Assembly: GCA_905331295.1 (NCBI GenBank)
Contig: CAJNYD010000070.1
Location: forward strand, 1 to 64,000
Length of the DNA: 64,000 bases
Reading direction: 5' to 3'
From: Rotaria socialis
Lineage: Eukaryota
Position numbers and translations under genes: made by a program. Below, in pieces: positions 11,310 through 23,660 of this stretch. Positions within the stretch are counted from its first letter, which is position 1. Each line of letters starts with the position of its first letter. The notes under the pieces are model-generated. The model ran no database searches and was not told where the DNA came from. It was given only the letters and a program-made list of their open reading frames with translations.

Positions 11310-14186
11310 TTAATCATGATAATTGTAAAACCTTAAATTTCCATCTGTCGTTTTTAGTACAAGACAATCTTGGTTGAACTGTACCGCGTTCTCAACATCA
11401 TTGCCATATTCGATAGGTAATCTTGCTATTATATTTTTTGAAATAAAGGTTATCATAGTAGCTGTAAAAAGCCATTCACCAGTCGATAAAGAAATTGGTA
11501 CTGGTGTATTTATCTGATTACTCTCATTAAAAGCGACAGTTTGTAGGCACTCCATAGTCAAATAATTCCGTAACTCAAATCGATATGTTTCAAACTCATT
11601 GATTATCAATCCAATGTGTAAGCTATTATTTTGCGAAAATCGTATATGTTGAATCATTTCTAAATTTCCGCACGATATGGGCGGCTGCCATAATTTTGTG
11701 CGCTTCCAATTTGACAACTGCCATTGATCAATAATCGGATTGAATCCTTTGTAAGTGACCAGAAATATTTGATCCGAGCACGTACAACTTTCGTACTCTC
11801 GATCTATTGAATCTGGAATATCTTCCATGTGTTGGCTGTTATTAGTTGTTACCTTTTTCTCGTCAAATGTGTAAACTCTTTTAATCTTATCTGCCGTTAG
11901 TACAATAAATTTTTCCAAATAAGATGACCAACAAACAGCTTGAATTCCAATTCTTTTTTCATTGTTCAACTCTATTTGTAATTTGTTTCCGTGTCTATTA
12001 ATGTAATAGAGCTCGTGCGACGGAGATGGCGATAGCAGTACGGTTGTATTAGACGGCGAAAACAAAACAGAATTTTTTGATGCAGCAAGCCGACCACAAC
12101 CATTACCACCAACTTGTACGACTATACGCGGTTTTCTTTTCAGTTGTTGAGTTAAATCAAGTCTTCGATGATGATCGCGTCGTGACGATTGCTTCAAGAA
12201 ATGTAAAGCCTGTTGTTGAGTTTGATTCGTGCGACCGAATTCAGAACTCCAAAATTCCTTTTCTAATTTTTCTTCATTTTCATTTGCTGATGGAAAAGCC
12301 GGCTGGTGAGATTGTGGACTCTCGTTGTCTAATGTATCAGTGACATCTTCAAATCCTTTTGTAATCAAAGAAATCTGCTTCTTTTTCTTATGTTTTTTGT
12401 TTTTCTTGCATTTATTTGTTTCTTCTGGCTTTTTCTCAGATATCGGCTCATTTAATATACTACTCTTTTGATTATTTTGCCCCCACTCTAGCAGCCTTAT
12501 TTCTTCTGAAATAGAAGCAAAACCAACCATTCCTTCTGCCAAACTGTTTGTTGGTAATGTTGATGTTGCGTGACATTTTTCTTTTTGCATCGTGGATCTT
12601 GCTTCACCAACTATCAGGCCAACTTGAGAGAATTTTCTCGAGTCACTATCGGATAACCACCCATCTTGTTTTTGCGATGAATACACGGGCGAGGCCGCCA
12701 CTTTAACAATCTCAGAACAATCTACCTCTTGTAAATTTGCGCATTCAAACTCATTTTTTAGCGCATGCTTCTTTATCAAATTGAGATATTCATTGTAATG
12801 ATACTGTGAGAAGTCTGTTCTATCTATCTGTTCAAAAATGAAGGCCAATCGATTTTGAAGATGAGCTTGAGTATGAAAATCATCTTTCGAAACTCCTCCA
12901 ACAAGCATCGACGAATAAATTTCTCGAGCTTTGTCAAACTCACCCATTTCGATGAACAGTGCACCCATTCGAAATAGAACATTCTTTCCTTTCGTTCTTT
13001 CCCGCATACGATCGATGAGTGGATCATTTGGAGTGTTACACAATTTCAATTTGACATTCCATACACTACTGTCAGATTGTTCAATAGTTTCGAGGTGAAA
13101 AGTAGCGTGCATAGAGAAGAGAATTTGATTTTTGTTCTTCTTTGCACAGCTTAACTGTCCTATTCGTGCAAATGGACTGATATTATTTAATGATGGATCA
13201 ATATGCATTTCAAACAGAACGGCTGTCAGATTTCTGTCAAGTGTATTTTGAGCCGAATCGAGTGCAGCTTGTCGTTCCGTGGTCGTAAACAAAAAGTTAT
13301 TAAAGGCAACACAAGTGTCTTTCTTGTTCAAGATACGCTCGAAGTCGTCTTGCTGCATTCCTTGCCCGCGATAAACAATAAATGGTTTCTCATACTTTGA
13401 ATTTTCAGCGTGAATTTTGACGAGTTGATTGTGAAGATCTCGAATAAAAAAGTGAATGACAGATAAAATTTCCACATCCAAACGAGTAATGGCACGAGTG
13501 AGTGTGCGTGAGACAAAACACCGTCGAGTATACCACCAAATAGGCGAGTAGTGCTGTGCTTTCCCATAAGTTTTTTCAAATTCGTCGATCATACGCAATT
13601 CTTGGGCATTCCCGTCATAGTTTAAACGACAAAAGTGAGCATATATCATTACAAATAATGTGGATTTATCGATATTTTCAACAAGAATCTCTTTCAGTAA
13701 TTGAGAATACATGAAAGAGGATCCACCTTGCTTATTTACTCGAACAAGATCTTGTTCACATTGTTTGACATCCTTTTGAAGCTGTTCACTCAGAACACTT
13801 GTGTGAAGGAAACCGCTCTTCGCCTTTCGTGGAAAATCTTCATGTATCATCGTCGCACCCATAACATAGATAGAATCAATTGAAACAAGATGATGAATTG
13901 AACAAATCATGTTGTGAGCATCACTGGGCGAGGTTGAAGATGAAATGACAAAGAAAGCTCTTTGATCTTTAATGACTCGAGTGAGAAATTCGACGCATGT
14001 TTTGTGATCATTGAGTAATAGATTCCAACTGATGATGTGCTGGAACTCACTGATAGTTTTGCGAGCTCGTCTTTCATCCTCATCACTATTTACACTTGGA
14101 TCATACCACACAAGAATAAGATTTTCAACGCATCGTTGTTTCGGTTCTCGAATAACAAGATGCGACGGCTTACCTGCAGATGCCAT
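11310..14186 (-). CDS. ADP-ribosyltransferase-like domain protein with a degenerate active site, 1-2 TPRs, a low-complexity linker and a C-terminal beta-rich repeat region
   Basis: 958-aa intronless ORF. FMYSQLLKEIL, PIWWYT, VYRGQG, FNNFLFTT, LFEMHID and QILFSMH align to the 40882 paralogue. TPR-like MGEFDKAREIY. Confidence 0.85.
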   Translation of the reverse strand: MASAGKPSHLVIREPKQRCVENLILVWYDPSVNSDEDERRARKTISEFQHIISWNLLLNDHKTCVEFLTRVIKDQRAFFVISSSTSPSDAHNMICSIHHLVSIDSIYVMGATMIHEDFPRKAKSGFLHTSVLSEQLQKDVKQCEQDLVRVNKQGGSSFMYSQLLKEILVENIDKSTLFVMIYAHFCRLNYDGNAQELRMIDEFEKTYGKAQHYSPIWWYTRRCFVSRTLTRAITRLDVEILSVIHFFIRDLHNQLVKIHAENSKYEKPFIVYRGQGMQQDDFERILNKKDTCVAFNNFLFTTTERQAALDSAQNTLDRNLTAVLFEMHIDPSLNNISPFARIGQLSCAKKNKNQILFSMHATFHLETIEQSDSSVWNVKLKLCNTPNDPLIDRMRERTKGKNVLFRMGALFIEMGEFDKAREIYSSMLVGGVSKDDFHTQAHLQNRLAFIFEQIDRTDFSQYHYNEYLNLIKKHALKNEFECANLQEVDCSEIVKVAASPVYSSQKQDGWLSDSDSRKFSQVGLIVGEARSTMQKEKCHATSTLPTNSLAEGMVGFASISEEIRLLEWGQNNQKSSILNEPISEKKPEETNKCKKNKKHKKKKQISLITKGFEDVTDTLDNESPQSHQPAFPSANENEEKLEKEFWSSEFGRTNQTQQQALHFLKQSSRRDHHRRLDLTQQLKRKPRIVVQVGGNGCGRLAASKNSVLFSPSNTTVLLSPSPSHELYYINRHGNKLQIELNNEKRIGIQAVCWSSYLEKFIVLTADKIKRVYTFDEKKVTTNNSQHMEDIPDSIDREYESCTCSDQIFLVTYKGFNPIIDQWQLSNWKRTKLWQPPISCGNLEMIQHIRFSQNNSLHIGLIINEFETYRFELRNYLTMECLQTVAFNESNQINTPVPISLSTGEWLFTATMITFISKNIIARLPIEYGNDVENAVQFNQDCLVLKTTDGNLRFYNYHD

Positions 14187-14868
14187 TTGATGTTTTGTTG
14201 TTTGACGACGACAAAAAAATTATTGAAAATGTGTGCTTACTGATGTCGATGGTAGAGGCTCCTCAGCCTTCGCACAATTCTATATTCCGCTAAATCAATA
14301 AGCACACTTTTATGTCATTCTAACGCGACGTCCCAGAAATGCACGAGTTCGTTGTTTCACTCTTTTCGACAAAATAGCATTGATTTTACAAAAGAAAAAA
14401 ATAGAAAAAAGAACACCGAAAACGACAAAAATATCCTGAAAAGAATGTCTCAACGTATCGTTTTTTTTTCATACAGCTTTGCAGAGAGTTGAGCGAAAAA
14501 TCTTCCCGTAAAATATTAGACCGATTAAATTTAAATTGTTAGGTAGCGTTATCTGCCTTGCATTGTATCTTTTTTCTATACATCTTGAGGATGTAAATGT
14601 ATCGACTTTCTTCTTAGTCACATTCACACACTCAAGAAAATTACTTATTTAGTTGAGTTTGATAAGATTTTAATGTCAAAGAGGTGAGAAAAGAATTTTT
14701 ATTGAATCAATGTATATAATTATTTAAAGAAAGAGAAGAAATCACAAAAAAAACACATATTAGTGAAAATCATCAGAAATAATTTGATAAGTAAATTTTT
14801 CTAGGGTGGAGTACATAAATTAGTCAGTACTAATAAAAATGATGAGAATGCTCAGGAACGGCATCTGT

Positions 14869-17049
14869 TTATAACAGATCGGCTATATTCGCTGGCATCT
14901 CTTGTATTCTCGTGTTATAGAATTGTTCGATGCTGCGCATTATACTTCGGTCATCATTAGTGACAAAATTGATTGCCGCACCTTTTCGACCGAATCGTCC
15001 ACTACGACCGATACTAAAAACATAGAAAAATCGATGCTTATTTTCTTTGTTTCCTCGTAATTGTTTCACAGCTAGCATACCGATGAATATAATTTTCACG
15101 ATTGGTCGGTAAATCGTAGTTAACAACGAGATTGACTTGTTGAACGTCAATGCCACGTGCCATTAAATCGGTGGCAATCAGCACTCGACTCGAGCCGGAA
15201 CGAAATGCACTCATGATCGTATTCCGCTCTGCTTGATCCATGTTACCGTACTAAATCGGAAAAAAAAATCAACCATGAGTAAAACTTTTCTTGATCCTAA
15301 AAATATCTCTGTTTTTATCAGATTTATCGAAAAAATATCGAGTCTCTTTCATTGGCTGAATATTTATTTTATGTTCATATCCAGCACATTCGCAGTAGCA
15401 AAACGCGAATGAGTGTTGTCAAATTTGTCGATAAAAGTATGTGCTAAAATGTAAGAATCTCAAAAACTTACCATCGCCGAAACAGTAAAGTCTCGTGCGG
15501 TCATTTGTTGTGCCACATATTCGACTTTTCGGCGAGTATTGCAAAAGATGATAGATTTAGCAACACATATCGTTGAGTATAGATCACAGAGCGTCTCAAA
15601 TTTATGATCCTAAATAAGATTAACACGTATATAACGACTTCATCGAATCAAACTCTCAACTCATCGTCCATTAAAACTTACTTCCAATTGAACGTCGACA
15701 TAAAATTGATGAATACCTTCCAGAGTCAATTCGTCCTTTTTGACTAGAATTTTAATTGGATCAGTCATGAATTTAGTTGTTACATCGAGAACTTCCTTGG
15801 GCATTGTAGCCGACAGAATAACAGTCTAGCAAAAAAGCAAGTAATGTGAAGAGAACGAAAAAGCTTCAATTTATACCTGTATATTTGACGGCATCTTCAT
15901 AAAAATATTATAGATCTGATCTTTAAAACCTTCTCTAAGCATTTCATCAGCTTCATCCAAGACAAGCATTTTTATATGTTTACTCCCTGCAGAAATTCAC
16001 GATCGTAAAAATTATTAAAAGTAATGATATCTTTTGACAACTTACGGAGAGCCGATCGATCGAGCATATCATAGACACGACCGGGTGTGCCGACAACAAT
16101 GTTTACGCCGGATTGAAGTCGTCTGATATCTTCTTGAACACTGCCACCACCTATACAAGCGAGGCATGTAACACCCATATAGTCTCCAATTGCTAGCACC
16201 ACCTTTTGGATCTACACACACATCGAATAAAATCGTTTTTCGTTTATGAAAATATAAATATCCTATAGTTATACCTGTTGAGCTAATTCTCGGGTAGGTG
16301 CTAAAATAAGTGCTTGACACTCTTTAGATTGAAGATCAATCCGTTGCAAGACCGAAATAGAAAATGTGGCCGTCTTGCCTGTGCCTGATTGTGCCTGAGC
16401 AATAACATCATGTCCTAAAAAATATCATTGTAAAAATACATTTCATCACTTCTCCATGCTTTTTATCTACCCAAAATACATGGTTTAATTGCTGTTTGCT
16501 GAATAGCAGATGGTCTTTCAAAACCATAATTGTAAACACCACGTAGAAGTTGTTCGCGCAAGTTCATCTGATCGAACTCCTTAACCAGCTCAGTCCAGTT
16601 GCTCTCGATAGTTCCATCTGAAACGAGAGAATATTCATCAGTAAATGTTTTCAACTCAATTTAAAAAAGTATACGTACTAGAATCCACCGAGTGCTCTCC
16701 CGTTTTTGGGATCTGGCTGTCATGGCCTCTAAAATACAAGTGAACCATAAGTATTCATTTTGCGTGACTTTTTTTTTTAAAAATTCAATTTGCTGTCTCA
16801 AAGAAGCACCACATGAAGAGAAAGCGAATGTGCGTATGGGCAATATACAAGAGTAGACTCGAACTGAAACCGACCTCCTTCAAATAAGAATTTTGTACAA
16901 AATTTTATTAGCAACGAAAAAAGGCTACCATCTCATATACAATACATAGTCAGAAGTATCATAGTTTATTTTTGAGTTTTTCTGTCTTACTCGTTTGATG
17001 ACTTGCTATTGCTTCCGTTTGTTTGTGATTTGATTCGACTGTCGCTCAT
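14869..17049 (-). CDS. eIF4A: Eukaryotic initiation factor 4A (DEAD-box helicase), multi-exon
   Basis: Exon 1 17049-16991 (MSDSRIKSQ...) splices in frame to exon 2 16728-16679 and then GTIESNW. Motifs [51 protein letters not shown] and [13 protein letters not shown]. Stop at 14869-14871. Confidence 0.95.
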
Positions 17050-18537
17050 AAATGAATCGAAGTAAAATAATAATACATGAAAAATATCTAGAATCGACAT
17101 TAAGAACATAGAATTTGCACTTGGAAACAATGCATTCAAAGAATAAGTGAAAGCTTGCATCTATTTGTAATTCATTATATACATGTAGACTCTTACGCAA
17201 TCTGGTTATTTCAAAATTACGAAAGAAAAAACCCAGTCAGCATGACGCCGAACTTCAAAAATCATAAACAAAAAATACATGTAATAAACCAATATAGTAC
17301 AACGATGTATTGGTGTAAGAATTTTCCTAGAAGGATTGATATTATAGAGTGAATTAAAAATGAGCAAGACAAGTATCTCAACCTAGTTACCTGTCCTGAA
17401 TTTAACAGTGTTATTTGTGGCGCACTACAGGATATATGTAGTTGTCGTTAGTTGTCGAGGGGCACATCTACAACCGTCAATAATTATATATGTAATTATT
17501 AAAGAACTGTTATTCAGAATAGATCTTTTAATTTTCCTATAGGATAATAAATTATTGTTTGTAGAATTACTTCTGATTGTCCATGTACTTTGGAAACTTA
17601 TATTAGAACTCAATCACTCATAGCTAGAAGCTGATTGAAAATGATAAAATGATTTAATATACTGATTATTTCTATGGTAGCTGTACAGATCATTGACTAA
17701 AGGTCAATGTTCTGTTTCACTGAGTGTCTTGTTAGTATCAGGTTTATTGTTTATAGATATCATTGTTCGTGTTGGATGAATCTATGGCAGTTTGTAAACA
17801 GACATCTACAACTGATGGATGTGGGTGCGGGTTTGACTATTTATTCCTACACCCACACCTACACCCATATCCCAGAGGTGTTTCAAGTAATCAGAACGAT
17901 GAATCTGCTGCTTAATGGCTAACTGACAATACATATCATTGGTACGATTATTTCTGATTAAGAAAATTCCATGAAGAGATCATCACTCTTACATTTACAA
18001 TATTATTCGAGAAACCTAATATTAATAAAGTAATCAAATAGAAAAGAAAGCTCTTCGTGTACGTGTATGTATTCCATACACAATAGAAACATCTTGTTTA
18101 GTTTTTAACAAGTATTGTGAACAAATGTATCTAGTTTCAAAACGTTAAATTCACCTGTATATTGTCACTGATTCCATTGGCGTATAATTGATAATTGATC
18201 ACGATTTGATCATTCAAATTTATTAAAAATTACTAACTAAACTCCATACGTGCTACTAATAGACACAAGTTTCAGCCGATTGTAACACATGTGAAGAAGT
18301 AAAATAATAAAAATTTTCTCAAGTTAAAATCAGTTGAGAAAACAATTTTCGCTTAGGAATTGGCGACAAAAAGCTTCCCAGGTCGAAAAATCTGGCAAAA
18401 GATCTTATGAAGCACATACAAGATCTTGGAATGAGTAGCTGCCTAATTCCACATAAAATAAGAACGAGATTTTCGAAGAATCCATTGATGACTTTGAGTC
18501 TGCTCCAAGGATACCTGCGCTTGTTAAAACAATTCTT

Positions 18538-18621
18538 GAGATTGCTAGAAGCACACCTAAGGTTGCTAGCAGTAATCCTGAGGTTGCTAGAAGCATACCT
18601 AATGTTGCTAGATGCATTCCT
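18538..18621. repeat. 21-bp minisatellite, 4 copies, within a degenerate repeat region (about 18320-18990)
   Basis: gagattgctagaagcacacct / aaggttgctagcagtaatcct / gaggttgctagaagcatacct / aatgttgctagatgcattcct. Confidence 0.8.
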
Positions 18622-19235
18622 GTGTTTGCTGTAAGAAATTGAGTGCTCCGAGATGTATAGGTTAATTTGTGTGAAAGTTGGTTTGGATACCTGTAACAAG
18701 ACGAGGCACAGTTGCAGTAACCTGTATGAAGTATCTAGCAGCTCAGATATGTATTCCGGTACCTGTGGTGTGTCACGAAGGACTCCATTCCTACTGACAG
18801 CAACGTGAGGCAAGGGTGTCGGAAGCCGAGGAATAATCTTAGCAATCTGATACATGGTTTCAGCAATTTCACGCACTCTTTTAGAAGCCTAAGATATTCA
18901 TGCAGTAGTGTCCGACTTGCTTCTAGCAGCGACAGCCTTTCATCTACCAATGTTACGCATTGTCAGGGATCCAGGGAATGCTCCTAGGAATCATAATTTA
19001 TGCCATACATTTCAGCCTTAGTAATATGCATGTTTAAATTCAAATTATTTAAAAAAAAATTCAGATAAAATGATATTATTTGTATTTTCCTGTAGCAATA
19101 TCTGTGCCTTAAGTTTTTCCGAAGTGTTACTGTGCAGTACATGAATCAATTATATTCAAATTCGAATTGAGCATCTTATGCAAATTCCAGTTGTTTTTGT
19201 GTATTTCTTCGAGGATATCCAAGTTGTTACGCTTT

Positions 19236-19382
19236 AGGGTAATACACCAAAACAACTCAAATTCCTCAACTTTGAAAGATATAGTTAATTGAAAGTGGAT
19301 ACCCTAGGGGTAATACGCCAAAGCAACTCAAATTCCTCAACTTTGAAAGATATAGTTAATTGAAAGTGGATACCGTAAGGGT
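19236..19382. repeat. About 71-bp tandem duplication; the third partial copy is interrupted by a hAT element
   Basis: agggtaatac.ccaaa.caactcaaattcctcaactttgaaagatatagttaattgaaagtggatacc occurs twice; the repeat resumes (aatacaccaaaaca) at 20428. Confidence 0.9.
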
Positions 19383-20419
19383 CATAGGCGGCGGAGCCAT
19401 TAGGCTTGGGGACGCTCAGATATTTGAAAAGAATACAGATTTCGTCGTGATTTACTTAACTTACAATATATTAGGAAATCTGTTTCATGAATATTGTAAA
19501 TTATTGCATTTATAGTTAACAAATCTCACTTCAACGACTACGACTCAGAGATGCTTCAGTGTTATAAACGGAATAAAGACATCTACGATCAATAATGACA
19601 CAACAACGCTTTAATCATGCCTTTGTTTCTCATATTCATTAAGGGGAACTAGATCTAATTAGATCAGTTAGACATGAAGAACATTTGTTCTGAGTGTACT
19701 GCAAAAGAACTAGAGAAAAGACGTTACTGGGTATGAACAATAGTTTTTGTACTTATGATATGTTTGCTTTAGTCAAAGTTTAAGATTTTTTTACGCCTAT
19801 GTTGATAAGGAAATAAAAATTTTGATAGTGTAGTCCCTAGTCGAGAATCACCTAATGAATCCCCAGGCAGCTCATGTCGTGAGTACTCGATGAGTTAAGA
19901 AAATTTTGAAAACTTTCTATCGAGACTATCAAAAACCTACGTAAAAATTCGAAAGTATCTTCGAAAATTCGTAAGGGATTTCTAACAAATAACTGGAAAG
20001 CGCCATATAAATCTCGAGAAGTGAACAGAAAGTTTCTTGGAATTTCTAAGACACTCTCTACTCAGTTTTTAGATATCTTTTACAAATTTTCGAAGACACT
20101 TTCAGATTTTTACGTAGATTTTTGATAGTCTCGATAGAAATTTTCCATATTTTCCTTAACTCCTCGGGAACTCGTGACAGGCCCTTCTAAAAAATCCAAA
20201 ATTGGTGGGGACTCTGGGGATGCGTTAAGTGATTCTTGACTAGGAACGCAATTTTCGATTGTTCTGCAGCCATATAAATGGATCAATACAGAAAAAATTT
20301 TCAATCAAAGCTGTGACAACGAATTTTAAAAGTCTATCTTCTCTCCAAATGTCGACTTTTTATCGTTTGTTGAAAAAAAATTGAGCCTCCCCTAAATTCA
20401 AAACGTTCCGCCGCCTATG
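19383..20419. mobile_element. Non-autonomous hAT-type DNA transposon
   Basis: TIRs CATAGGCGGCGGA / TCCGCCGCCTATG and a perfect 8-bp TSD GTAAGGGT (19375-19382, 20420-20427). Confidence 0.9.
19835..20245. mobile_element. MITE nested in the hAT element
   Basis: About 30-bp TIRs CCTAGTCGAGAATCACCTAATGAATCCCCAG / CTGGGGATGCGTTAAGTGATTCTTGACTAGG, plus an inner inverted repeat (tctatcgagactatcaaaa). Confidence 0.8.
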
Positions 20420-20937
20420 GTAAGGGTAATACACCAAAACAGATGGATGGGGTAAAACCCATACAAAGAAAACATCACAGAAGAAGGCAATGATGAATAT
20501 TTGACTCTCAGATTATTATTGGCAGAAAGCAAAACAAAAGCAACACGTAATTTATTTTCTTTTGCCATCAATCTCTTTTTTTTATTCCTTCGTATTTTCA
20601 ACGGATTTCTCACATTCACAACGAACGAAACAGAACATATAGCAATAAAATAATAACATTGTCCTTGGCAACGATATATATTAACAGAGTGACAAGCATA
20701 AGGAAGAAAAAGCACATTTGCTGTCCTGATTTCTCTTTTTCTTATTTTCACTAACTGTAGCAAATGCCAATGGGCATAAGATGTAACAAGTTTCATAGAT
20801 AGTGTTGCGTAACAAAAACGTTATTCTGGTACCTTCCATCCAACTGTCGCCAAAACATTGCTGCCATCTGTATTCAATGTAGAACAGTGTCATTTCTTAT
20901 GTGCAGGGAAAAAATGTAAAAAACGAAATTTTAGACT

Positions 20938-21009
20938 AGGGGACACCCGGGTTTGAACCAGGGACCTCTCGATCTGCAGTCGAATGCTCTACCACTGAGC
21001 TATATCCCC
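20938..21009 (-). tRNA. tRNA-Cys: tRNA-Cys (GCA)
   Basis: GGGGATATAGCTCAGTGGTAGAGCATTCGACT-GCA-GATCGAGAGGTCCCTGGTTCAAACCCGGGTGTCCCCT, 72 nt, with a downstream T-run terminator. Confidence 0.95.
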
Positions 21010-21319
21010 CATGTCTGTCAATCGTTAATTTGCCAATTGAGTTTCCTAGTATTATACGAAAACGAAATTATTGTTTGTTCTTTTTAATTGATCCATATGC
21101 TAAAGACTAAAACTGACAATATGGTACTTAGATTCATTGCATTTCTATTATTTGAGAGTTTGAGATCATATTCTGCTGGTAATGTTTTCATCGATTTTGA
21201 TTTGACCAAAATTTATTAGGAAGTAACAAAGACTAATCAGTTAACTAAGTAATAAACAAATCATAACACAACAATAGAAATTAAGAAAAAGTCTTGTATT
21301 AATATAGATACTAGTGTTC

Positions 21320-23660
21320 TCATGCAGTTGAACTTAGATTCTTGCTTTTCAAAGAGTTTAATGCATTGATAAATTTTAAGAACTCATGTGGCGAAAGACA
21401 CAGCTGTTTTTGTTTGAACTTTTCTTCAAATCTTGTTCGTATTCTTTCATATTCTTTTGTCCACAAAGTTTCTAATATGGCTTCAGCATACAATAATAGT
21501 TCATTACCAGTTTGAAACTGATAAAATTCTTGTAATTCCAACATAAGATTATTGCTATGAAACCATTGTTCGATATCGAACGTATTTTTGGTTACAACTA
21601 TGTTTAAGGAAATATTTTCTTTGATCATTGATATTAACTGATTACAAATATGTAGAAAATCATTTTCGTCAAAACGAATATGTTTGACTTCGTTTATTCG
21701 AATTTTAAGCCATTCTATTACTTCATACTCCGTATCGATAAAGACTGGGATAAATGGCTTTTTCAATGTATCTGTAACATAGATAAATTCCTGACGGCAC
21801 GATTTACTGTTGAAAAAATTTTGTGATAAAAGAAAAACAACCAGGTCTGATTGCGCAATCGTTTGCGCGATGTCTTTCCATGAATATTTACCAGAGTTAA
21901 AATCAATACTGATGGATAATTCAGGAACAGTACTGAGCGTATCATATAATTGTCGACAAAAATCAATGTCAACATGAGAATAACTGATCATTAGTGAACC
22001 AACAGATTTAGATTTCGTTGAAGAACTGATGTCTAAATCTATATTTGACTCAGGATATAAATTTTGTAAAATGCCATCCATTGCTCGTTTCAATGGCGAC
22101 ATATGACGAGGTATGTAAATATTCGGTAGTATTTTGTCAATAGTATCACTTGACTCAAATGCTACGAGTCTATTTATAATTTCAATATTTTCAATTAATT
22201 TATTCTTATATCGATCGTGAAATGAAATACTCCATAAAATATTTGCTGATGCCGTAATTGTCAAAACATCCAACGATAAAAAGTTATAATCAACTCTTTC
22301 GATTTCAACACAATGCAATAAAAAATTCAATAAATCAAGCACATCTTGTGATAATTTATAATTCTTTTTCGTAGAAATAGAATGAAGGAAATTATCGTTG
22401 GTACACAATTTCATTAGAACAATCATGAATTCTGATATATGAAATTTTCGATGTCGAAATGTACGTGATAACATACTATGGGAAATCACTGGTAACAACC
22501 GATATGTTATAAACCAATCAGTACTTTCAGCTACAAGTTCGTTGGGATCAATAATTAAAACTATTGTCATAAAATAAATTAGTTGAAGATCTTCATACCA
22601 GTTTTTATCGATTATAAAATCCATCTTATTATTTAATATATCCGTATTGAATTGCATTAATACACTGTAACATTGACATTGATTAAGAATAATCACTCCT
22701 TGATCATGACGAGCAATATTATAGACAATCTGTAGACAATGAATATATTCATAATCATTCAAATAGGGCAGCGATAACCAACGTAAACATGCTTGCGGAC
22801 ACGTGGCATTGATAAATATCGATATTGTTAATGGTTGATCACTTACCATCTGAAGAAACTCTAGTGTATGTCTAATTAAAACATCGTGTTGTAAGCATTG
22901 ATTTGTTAGAAAATATTCATCAATAAATTTTATGAAAGGGACAAATAGATTATTTTGATATTTCTTCAATTCTATGTCTAATAATTTTACATTTAAACTA
23001 TTCAAAATTTTTAAAACCAAAATTAATATTAATCCACAAAAATTACTGACTATACGTTTAATATGGTTATCATCGATGGAAACTAATAATTCATTATTAA
23101 GAAAAGAATGAATTCGTTTTGATGAACATATTTGATCAAGTATACGATAATACATCTGTTGACGAACTTTAATTGGCATTTTGTGCGTTAACTCTAATGC
23201 CCCTTCTGGATTTAATGACTCAAAAAATGAGGCGAACACAATATTACTTTTACATGCATAACGATGAGCAACAATATCAATAAATTGATTCATATCAATT
23301 AGATCAAGATAGTTTTTCAATATTATCTCAAACATATTCATAACATCCGAATAATTATTAAGTTTCAAATCTATTAATCGATTAAAGATTTGATTGAGAT
23401 CATTTAAGCAAACTTCCGGAGAAGATATTTTGTTGGTACTTTCAAAATTCAATAGGGATTGCTGTAATTGTTCGAAGGATTGATAAATTTGTTGAATAAT
23501 TTCATTGATTATTTTTTCATTAGTTTCAATAGCTAGTTTCAAAGAAAATAAAAACGAATGCAAATAAATATATTTACAATCAATTTTTTTCATAACAATT
23601 AAATCTTTCCCGTGTGTATTTCTTACTTGAACTTGGATTTGGTTCGAAGAAATAGCTCAT
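21320..23660 (-). CDS. Helical/ARM-like repeat, TIR and SAM-like domain protein (paralogue A)
   Basis: Exon 1 23660-23627, phase-1 intron to 23533, then a long exon. ARM-like NILWSISF; TIR LMISYSHVDIDFCRQL...SDLVVFLLSQNFFNSKSCRQE...KPFIPV. Confidence 0.85.

Noticed and set aside
18319..18987. Overlapping ORFs on both strands
   Set aside because: Produced by the 21-bp periodic repeat; no protein family signal.
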